Positions 57,264 to 64,000 of a stretch of DNA of 64,000 nt are shown in pieces. The position numbers and the translations under genes were made by a program. The stretch covers positions 31,376 to 95,375 of the forward strand of contig JAGGVU010000002.1 of the NCBI GenBank assembly GCA_021157845.1. Reading direction: 5' to 3'. The notes beneath the pieces are model-generated. The model was not told where the DNA came from. It saw nothing but the letters and a program-made list of their open reading frames with translations, and did no database searches. Position 1 is the stretch's first letter. Each line of letters starts with the position of its first letter. The DNA is from Candidatus Aenigmatarchaeota archaeon. GTDB lineage: Archaea > Aenigmatarchaeota > Aenigmatarchaeia > GW2011-AR5 > JAGGXF01.

Positions 57264-58034
57264 GTGATTAACATGGATAAACTAAATATTGAGCTGGTTG
57301 TAACGGATTTTAACGGTGTTATTTATAAAAACCACACAGAGGCAGATTTATGGCAAAATTTGGATTTAGAGTTAATCAAAGATGAGTTAAAGGAGCTCGA
57401 CGTTTTCCAAGCTGCCAAATATATAAAAACAGGTCTAAAACTAAAGAAATTAGTCATTGATTATAAAAATAATAAAATAGACTATGGAAAAATATTTGAC
57501 ATCTTTAATGAGGAAATCCTTTCCGGTTTGGATATAAAATATGTAAATAATTATATAACTAAAAAATATGTTAAATTGGGTAAGGAAAAAATTAATCGTA
57601 ATTTTCTTGGCGTAATAAAAGACATTAAAAATTATGGAAAGAAAACGGCAATCCTTTCAAGCGGCTGTCATGAAGGTATTGAAGCATTGCTTAGAGAGGT
57701 TGGGGCCGAGTATTTTGATGAAATTTGGGCAAATAAAATAAAAACAGATGAAAATGGGGTAATTGATAAATTTGAACTTAAAATATCTGATAACAACGGG
57801 TGTAAAAAGGGTAAGATATTGGAAGAGATGTTAGATAAGAAAGGTATTGATAAATGTAATACTGCATATATAGGGCACGGCCCAGAAGACAAAAGTGCAT
57901 TGAAAATAGTCGGGCATCCAATTATTTATGGTAGTCCTGTGGATGAGTCACTTTTAGAAGAGTTTGACCATTCTGCATTTGTTCCAAAGGACGAGCAGGA
58001 GCTAAAGCGATATATTCTTGGATTATCTTCTTAA
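57264..58034 (+). CDS. HAD-like hydrolase fold protein (atypical motif I DFNGV)
   Basis: Motif II ILSSG, a downstream Lys, and motif IV-like IGHGPEDKSAL. Confidence 0.4.
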   Translation: MINMDKLNIELVVTDFNGVIYKNHTEADLWQNLDLELIKDELKELDVFQAAKYIKTGLKLKKLVIDYKNNKIDYGKIFDIFNEEILSGLDIKYVNNYITKKYVKLGKEKINRNFLGVIKDIKNYGKKTAILSSGCHEGIEALLREVGAEYFDEIWANKIKTDENGVIDKFELKISDNNGCKKGKILEEMLDKKGIDKCNTAYIGHGPEDKSALKIVGHPIIYGSPVDESLLEEFDHSAFVPKDEQELKRYILGLSS

Positions 58035-58105
58035 TCACTTAAAAAGAAAAAGGACAGCACTGCCAAGAAGGCAGCGCTGTCGAGTTATGGGGTGTGGTCA
58101 GTATA

Positions 58106-59218
58106 CTATCTTATAATTTCTATACCAAGGTCTTTTTCCATGGCAGGTATTCCTTCTTCTGTGCGTTCTTCACACGGACCCAAGATATATGGAGACTTTA
58201 CACCGGTAACAATAGTTATTACCTGTATCTTTCCTTCATACTCTGGCAGAACTCTTGCTCCCCATATAACCTGCGCTTCTGGGTCAAGATGCTTTGAAAC
58301 AGTTTCTCCTATTATATTTATTTCATCTAGTCGCATATCTTCGCCGCCTATGATTTGAATCAATGCTCCTGTTGCTCCGGAATAATCAACCTCAAGTAGC
58401 GGGTGGTTCAAAGCTTTTGCAACAGCTTCTTCTGCCCTGTGCTGTGAATTTGAGCTGCCTACTCCAATAGCAGCTACTCCGCCAGACCTCATTACAGCTT
58501 TTACATCTGCATAGTCCAAGTTTACCAAGGAAGGTTGTGCTATGGTTTCAGTAATGCCTTTTATCATTGTTGAAATCAATTCGTCTGCCAGTGCAAACGC
58601 TTCTTTTAAAGGCATGTTGCCAGCAAGTTTTAGCAGTTTTTGATTTTCCATAACAATTACGGTATCACAAACTTCCCTCAGTTGCATTAGTCCGTCTTCT
58701 GCTTTTCCTATTCTGGCACCCTCTATCTTAAATGGAAGTGTGACCGCAGCGATTACTATCGCTCCTTGCTCTTTTGCTATGCGCGCTATAACAGGCGCAG
58801 CTCCAGTTCCAGTTCCTCCTCCAAGTCCACATGTTATAAACACAAGATCAGCATTTTTTAAAGCATCTTTCAGTTCGCCTTTTGATTCTTCAGCTGCTTT
58901 TTTTCCTATATTTGGATAACCACCAGCGCCAAGACCTTTTGTAAGTTCTTTACCTATCAAAAGTTTTTGATCAGCCTTTGATATGTGCAAATGTTTGGCA
59001 TCAGTATTCACGATAATTGTTTTCGCACCGTGAACTCCCATTTTTGTTAGTCGTGTTACACTGTTGTTACCAGCGCCGCCAATACCCATGACAACTATTT
59101 TGGCATTTTGCGACAGGTATTCATCCTCTATCTCATTTGATTCTTCTTTTGTTTCAGACATCCAATCTTTTGTTTCTTCTGCGTCAAATGCAGACCGTAT
59201 TAGATTTTCCATATCCAC
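58106..59218 (-). CDS. ftsZ: cell division GTPase FtsZ
   Basis: GIGGAGNN tubulin signature, NTDAKHL and GLGGGTGTGAAPVIA. Confidence 0.9.
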   Translation of the reverse strand: MDMENLIRSAFDAEETKDWMSETKEESNEIEDEYLSQNAKIVVMGIGGAGNNSVTRLTKMGVHGAKTIIVNTDAKHLHISKADQKLLIGKELTKGLGAGGYPNIGKKAAEESKGELKDALKNADLVFITCGLGGGTGTGAAPVIARIAKEQGAIVIAAVTLPFKIEGARIGKAEDGLMQLREVCDTVIVMENQKLLKLAGNMPLKEAFALADELISTMIKGITETIAQPSLVNLDYADVKAVMRSGGVAAIGVGSSNSQHRAEEAVAKALNHPLLEVDYSGATGALIQIIGGEDMRLDEINIIGETVSKHLDPEAQVIWGARVLPEYEGKIQVITIVTGVKSPYILGPCEERTEEGIPAMEKDLGIEIIR

Positions 59219-59627
59219 ACCTTCCTATATTTTTTATTATATATTTTTTCAAACCGAAAGCCTTTTATAAAACTCCAGTTAATTTATACTACATAAGAGT
59301 CATTTTTGGAAAGAATGTCCAACTTTCCAGAAACAGCAATTCCACTCACAAAATTAAAATCAACTTGAAACCCAACACAAAACCGATTGTCCAGATCGGT
59401 AAAATCACGTTGTCCAGACGTGATGTGTCTTTTTCTGTAACCGTCTATAAAATTTACAAACAAATTACTATTTCTATTTTGTTTTAACCCCTTTATATAA
59501 TTTTTGGTTGTGACAAGGTCAGACAAAATGTAAAATAATCAATTAAAATAAACTGAATTATATAATTTTTAGCCATTCAGGATTTATTCATCTTTATTAG
59601 CGAACATTCCTTTGCGAAAATCTAATA

Positions 59628-60395
59628 TCAATTTCTTCTCAAAAGAATGATATTATCCATGCTTGATTTGGACAGACGTTTTGGATATCTGGATTTGGAA
59701 AAACCAGTAAACCAGCCAAGAAATTCAAACCTGTTGTTTAGCTTCAGAAGAGTTAAAAATTCTTGGGGAAAAATAAGTTTTCTGTCGCATTTTCTTTTCA
59801 AGAGCAATCTTTTTCCGCGATCATTTACTTCTAGCTTTAATTTTTCTGTTATTATTTGGTTCAGACTATCTTTCAATTCAACTCTGTAAGTTGTCTTGAC
59901 TTTAATTCCGTCTTTTGACATAGTCCAGCTTTGCGGCTTAAAATTTAGCCAGTCCAATGTAAAGTTTTCAATCAAATATAATCCTCCTTTCCTTAGCGAG
60001 TGTGCTACTGAGTTTAGATGCTTTAAAAAATCCTCGTTGTTTTTAATATACCCAATTGTTCCCATCATAATAAATACAAAATCAGCCTTTTTCTTTATGT
60101 GAAAATCTATCATATCTGCTTTTACTGTTTCTATCTTTATTCCTTTTTCCTTTCCTTTTTGTTCTAAATATTTCAGCATTTTGGAGCTTGAATCTAGGCC
60201 AACTGCTTCGTATCCTCTTTTTGCAATTTCTCTTAACTGTAAACTTGGCCCGCAACCAATGTCAAGAAATCTTTTGACTTTTATCTTGCTAAATTTTTTT
60301 ATAAACTTTTCAAATAAATCCACTTGCTTTTCTGCATTTACAAAACTAAATGCGATTTCGTAATAAAGTGGATTTTTGTAAATAACCATAAACAT
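59628..60395 (-). CDS. class I SAM-dependent methyltransferase
   Basis: Motif I LDIGCGPS in a Rossmann MTase fold. Confidence 0.6.
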   Translation of the reverse strand: MFMVIYKNPLYYEIAFSFVNAEKQVDLFEKFIKKFSKIKVKRFLDIGCGPSLQLREIAKRGYEAVGLDSSSKMLKYLEQKGKEKGIKIETVKADMIDFHIKKKADFVFIMMGTIGYIKNNEDFLKHLNSVAHSLRKGGLYLIENFTLDWLNFKPQSWTMSKDGIKVKTTYRVELKDSLNQIITEKLKLEVNDRGKRLLLKRKCDRKLIFPQEFLTLLKLNNRFEFLGWFTGFSKSRYPKRLSKSSMDNIILLRRN

Positions 60396-60438
60396 AGTTA
60401 TCTGCTGTTTATAAAAAATTTACTAGTCAATAATAATT

Positions 60439-60864
60439 ATGAAATACGATATCTTTTTGGCCGGACCATGGGAAAATTTTGCACCAGCCCCGTATAAGCG
60501 CAAGATCAAGGAAGCATTTAAGGATAAAAAAATTTACGACCCTGAGAAAGAATGTCTGAATTTTTATGATGATGTGCACGCAGTTCTTAGAAAAGATTGG
60601 TTTGCTCTTAACTATGATGCTTTGTCAAATTCTTTGTCAATGGTTGCATTGGTGCCACAATTCCCATTTCCAGGTGTCGGCCCTGAAACAGGCATTTTTT
60701 ATTCATCCCATTGTAAAAAGGCGGGTGAGCCTCTTGAAGAGCTTATAATAATCTGGCCAGAAACTGTTAAACCGGATTATGGAAAAAGAGTTGTCAGGCA
60801 GATGGGACATTTGGTAAAAGATACAAATGAAGCTATTTTAAAACTTAAGGCTGTTTTAGAATAA
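60439..60864 (+). CDS. nucleoside 2-deoxyribosyltransferase-like / YtoQ-like protein
   Basis: N-terminus MKYDIFLAGPW and ..GPETGIFY.. resemble NDT-fold families. Confidence 0.35.
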   Translation: MKYDIFLAGPWENFAPAPYKRKIKEAFKDKKIYDPEKECLNFYDDVHAVLRKDWFALNYDALSNSLSMVALVPQFPFPGVGPETGIFYSSHCKKAGEPLEELIIIWPETVKPDYGKRVVRQMGHLVKDTNEAILKLKAVLE

Positions 60865-60899
60865 TCAATATCTTAATCAAATATCTAATAGCAAATTAG

Positions 60900-61115
60900 A
60901 TGAGGGGTGTAAAAATGTGTTTTCGTAAAATATGGGAAAAAAATCGGAAAAAGATGAGCTTTTCTGACTTTGTCTCGTTAAAGCTTAGTTGTACAGCTTT
61001 TGGTGTACTACTGGCAGCGATATTTCCGAGATTAATAGAAATTAATATCTGGTGGATTGTTGCAGTTTTTATAGTATTTGGGCTGAAGCCGTTTTATCAT
61101 ATGTTTGTGAAATAA
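60900..61115 (+). CDS. small membrane protein, hypothetical
   Basis: 71 aa with 2 TM helices. Confidence 0.3.
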   Translation: MRGVKMCFRKIWEKNRKKMSFSDFVSLKLSCTAFGVLLAAIFPRLIEINIWWIVAVFIVFGLKPFYHMFVK

Positions 61116-61150
61116 TCGTTTGAGCCAGCTTGTATCAAATTGACTCTCAC

Positions 61151-62449
61151 TTACATATCAAAGTACTTGTCTATTTCCCAGTCTGTCACATACTTGTTAA
61201 ATGCGTCTATCTCATTTTTCTTTGCTTTTATGTATTCATCAAACATGTGCTTGCCAAGTGCTTCTTTGACTACCAGATCATTTTTCATTTCTTTTAACGC
61301 TTCGCCAAGGGATCTTGGCAATATCTCTATTCCTGCTTCTTCTATTTCTTTTTCTGATAATTCATAGATATTCCCTCTGAATATTTCTGGTGGTTCCATC
61401 TCTTTTTCAATTCCGTCTAGGCCTGCCCAGAGTTGCACAGCAAATGTCAGATAAGGATTGCACAACGGGTCAGTTGACCTATATTCTATTCTTGTTTTTT
61501 TCCAGTCACCAAAAGTATTTGGAACTCTTATCAAATCAGACCTGTTTCCTCTTCCCCATGTTATATAAACAGGAGCTTCGTAACCGGGCATAAGTCTTTT
61601 GTATGAGTTGATGGTCGGGTTTGATATAGCGGTTATCGCTCTTGCATGCTTAAGCAGGCCTGCTATGAAATGCTCGGCTGTTTTTGACAAGCCAAATTCT
61701 CTATTTTCATCATAAAACGAATTAACCTTTTTATTTTCCCACAAGCTCATATTTGTGTGCATGCCGCTTCCATATGCGTCTTTAGATAATTTCGGCATAA
61801 ACGTCACACTAAGGTTTTTTCTTGCAGCCAACTCTCGTATAGCTATTTTTGTTAAAATGATATTGTCTGCAGTTTTGAGCGCTTTGTCATATTTTATATC
61901 AATTTCATGCTGGCCCTCTCCACACTCGTGATGCGAACTTTCTGGTGTTATATCCATCTCTTCAAGTGCTTCCATAAGTTCGTCTCTTAAGTTTGCTATC
62001 TCACTTGCCGGAGAATGATCAAAATAACCTTTTCTGTCCTTTTGCGGAACAGGTCTTCCATTACCATCTAGTTTTGTTATGTAAAACTCAAATTCAGGTC
62101 CTGTGTAAAAACCAAACCCCATGAGTCTTGCTTTATTCTCAGCCCTCTTAAGAATAAACCTTGGGTCTCCTTCAAACGGCTCATCATTTCTGTAAACATC
62201 TCCAAAAACTACTGCTTTCTTTTTATTCCAATATAGTTTTTTAAGTGTGTTTGGGTTTGGCTTAATCCGCATGTCACTTTCTGATATTCTTACAAATGCC
62301 TCAATGGAAGAACCATCAAATGTTATGCCATTTTCTACAGCCTTTTCATACTCGCTTGCAGGTATTGTTTGTACTTTCGGAATACCATAAATATCAACAA
62401 AAGATATATCAACTATTTTTACTCCTTCAGGAAGACTCATATCTGCCAC
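61151..62449 (-). CDS. glnA: glutamine synthetase
   Basis: GS beta-grasp N-domain and catalytic domain. 432 aa. Confidence 0.85.
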   Translation of the reverse strand: MADMSLPEGVKIVDISFVDIYGIPKVQTIPASEYEKAVENGITFDGSSIEAFVRISESDMRIKPNPNTLKKLYWNKKKAVVFGDVYRNDEPFEGDPRFILKRAENKARLMGFGFYTGPEFEFYITKLDGNGRPVPQKDRKGYFDHSPASEIANLRDELMEALEEMDITPESSHHECGEGQHEIDIKYDKALKTADNIILTKIAIRELAARKNLSVTFMPKLSKDAYGSGMHTNMSLWENKKVNSFYDENREFGLSKTAEHFIAGLLKHARAITAISNPTINSYKRLMPGYEAPVYITWGRGNRSDLIRVPNTFGDWKKTRIEYRSTDPLCNPYLTFAVQLWAGLDGIEKEMEPPEIFRGNIYELSEKEIEEAGIEILPRSLGEALKEMKNDLVVKEALGKHMFDEYIKAKKNEIDAFNKYVTDWEIDKYFDM

Positions 62450-62592
62450 ACCCCTTGATAAAATAATTCTATTCCTTTTATGTAAATATAAAGATTTTAT
62501 GCTAATTATAAAACAAATAACTAATTAAATAAGTTTTAAATATCTGTTTGTCTAATATTTAATCAATTTATGCCGCAAAGGTGTATATTTGT

Positions 62593-63039
62593 ATGGTTAT
62601 AGATGAAAAGGACAGAAAAATTCTACGCGAGCTTTTAAGAGATTCACGACAATCATTTCGGAGAATAGCCAGAAAAGTCGGGCTAACAACAAGCACAGTA
62701 GTAAAGCGATATAAGAATCTGAAAAAAGAGGGCATAATAAAAAAATCCACGGTCTTGGTAGATGCTGAAAAAATTGGTTATCCCCTGACAGCTACTATTG
62801 AGATTCGCATTTCAAAAGGCAAACTGAGTGAAGTAGAAAAGCATATATCAAAAAAATACAATGTAATAGCTGTTTATGATGTAACAGGTGAATTTGATGC
62901 TTTGATAATAGCACGATTCAGAAACAGAAAGGAATTGAACAGTTTTGTTAAATCGCTTTTATCCACAGAATATATTGAGCGGACAAACACACACTTTGTT
63001 CTCAACACCATAAAAGAAGATTTTAGCATACTGATTTGA
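62593..63039 (+). CDS. Lrp/AsnC-family transcriptional regulator
   Basis: HTH (DEKDRKILRELLRDSRQSFRRIARKVGLTTSTVVKRYKNL) plus RAM domain. The ORF track starts at a GTG at 62581. Confidence 0.75.
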   Translation: MVIDEKDRKILRELLRDSRQSFRRIARKVGLTTSTVVKRYKNLKKEGIIKKSTVLVDAEKIGYPLTATIEIRISKGKLSEVEKHISKKYNVIAVYDVTGEFDALIIARFRNRKELNSFVKSLLSTEYIERTNTHFVLNTIKEDFSILI

Positions 63040-63119
63040 GCTGATTAAGAGACTGCAGAAAACGACAAACATCAACTATATATATTTGCTATAATTAAGT
63101 AATAAATGAGGTGATAATT

Positions 63120-64000
63120 ATGAAAACATATCTTCTTAATGCTGGTGGGACAATAGCGTCCACTGAGACAGGAAGTGGAAGAGATTCCACAATGACTGTA
63201 GAGGAATTGGTTGAATATGTTCCAAAATTGAATAAATTTGATATAGAGACAAAAGATGTTTTTATAAAAGACAGCTCTAACATAAAGCCAGCTGACTGGT
63301 CTGTTATTGCAGAAAAAGTTGATAAAGCATTTAAAGAGGGCGCAGAGGGGATCGTGATTGCACATGGGACAGATACAATGGCCTATTCTGCATCTGCTTT
63401 GTCATTTATGTCTTCTCTTGATATCCCAGTTATTTTTACGGGCGGGCAGAAGTCGATAGGAGAAAAAGAGACAGACGCAAAGGATAATCTTTATAACTCT
63501 GTTTTAGCTGCCCAGCAACTGCCACCGTCTGTTTATCTGGTTTTTGACAACTCAATTTTTCTTGGCTGCACAACAACAAAAATAGATTCAATTGGATATC
63601 ACGCTTTTGAGACAAACTGGAAGCCGGTTGGAAAAATCTCTGGAGAGAATATTGAATTAGACAGCGATGCTGTAAATAAAATAAAAGGCCTGGATTTTGA
63701 AAACAATGAGATGGATATAAATATAGATACAAGTGTCGGGTTGCTTAAGATTTATCCCGGATTTGATACGCAATTGATTGATGCGGTGCTGTCAGACAAG
63801 AGAGGTCTAATAGTCGAAGGGCTTGGAGCAGGAAACTGCCCAGTAGGATATACTGATATAGTTGATAAAATTAAATATTGGAGCAAGCAGGAAAAGATAA
63901 TAGGAATAGTTACACAATGTCCGTTTGGTGCTTCAACTGGAGAATATGCAGCAGGAAAAGAAATAATCGACGCCGGCGCGATATCACTTGGAAAGATGAC
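63120..64000 (+). CDS. L-asparaginase (type I), 3'-truncated by window end (not in ORF track)
   Basis: Manual translation MKTYLLNAGGTIAST...HGTDTMAYSASALSF shows the TGGTIA and HGTDT asparaginase motifs. GAGGTGA lies 5 nt upstream. Open to the window end. Confidence 0.7.
   Translation, partial: MKTYLLNAGGTIASTETGSGRDSTMTVEELVEYVPKLNKFDIETKDVFIKDSSNIKPADWSVIAEKVDKAFKEGAEGIVIAHGTDTMAYSASALSFMSSLDIPVIFTGGQKSIGEKETDAKDNLYNSVLAAQQLPPSVYLVFDNSIFLGCTTTKIDSIGYHAFETNWKPVGKISGENIELDSDAVNKIKGLDFENNEMDINIDTSVGLLKIYPGFDTQLIDAVLSDKRGLIVEGLGAGNCPVGYTDIVDKIKYWSKQEKIIGIVTQCPFGASTGEYAAGKEIIDAGAISLGKM

Noticed and set aside
1-64000. CRISPR arrays, rRNA genes, transposase or integrase genes.
   Set aside because: I saw no regularly spaced direct repeats, no rRNA-like conserved stretches, and no recombinase- or transposase-like ORFs anywhere in the window.

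Overview
This is a 64 kb, AT-rich (roughly 30% GC) chromosomal window from an archaeon. Archaeal hallmarks include TBP, MCM, GatD/GatE, Alba, class-I CCA-adding enzyme, Pcc1, RpoP, ribosomal protein L37ae, aCPSF1/FttA, proteasome beta, and diphthamide genes dph5/dph6. Its small proteins, patchy metabolism, type-IV-pilus locus and anaerobic class III ribonucleotide reductase suggest a small-genome anaerobic (DPANN-like) lineage. Core content covers replication and repair (split Hef helicase / XPF nuclease, MCM, RPA-like OB-fold protein), transcription (TBP, RpoP, aCPSF1, Lrp/AsnC), tRNA metabolism (GatDE, TrpRS, CCA, Trm5 x2, Taw1, aTrm56, a Trm11-like enzyme, a MiaB-like enzyme), cell division (FtsZ and SepF) and an nrdR-nrdD-nrdG operon. 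Several things stand out. (1) A roughly 10 kb co-directional type IV pilus-like locus runs from 22010 to 31888. It encodes a FlaI/PilB-family ATPase with a Cys-rich N-terminal extension, a FlaJ/TadC-like membrane platform, and at least ten proteins with class-III (prepilin-like) signal peptides, several of them large and Cys-rich. One of these pilin-like genes lacks a canonical start codon. (2) Directly downstream, from 31889 to 36605, is an array of single-gene cassettes all on the + strand (a MNT/HEPN pair, a secreted putative peptidase, an AlkD-like protein, a nucleoside deoxyribosyltransferase-like protein). Each cassette is followed by a member of a GC-rich, partly conserved repeat family that forms hairpins with compensatory changes. 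The array is bracketed by two paralogous small pilin genes, giving an integron/CALIN-like or MITE-delimited accessory island. (3) Four paralogous polytopic membrane proteins sit in tandem at 18322-20502. (4) NrdD carries two inteins, one inserted at the catalytic Cys motif. (5) A tRNA-Pro(UGG)-like gene appears to carry two introns, one of them in the D-loop. (6) A short dispersed intergenic repeat family occurs in at least three copies. (7) Several sub-60-aa genes were missed by the ORF track: rpoP, a SecE-like protein and small pilin-like ORFs. A partial asparaginase CDS at the window end was also missed. All coordinates were derived by hand and may be off by a few nucleotides.
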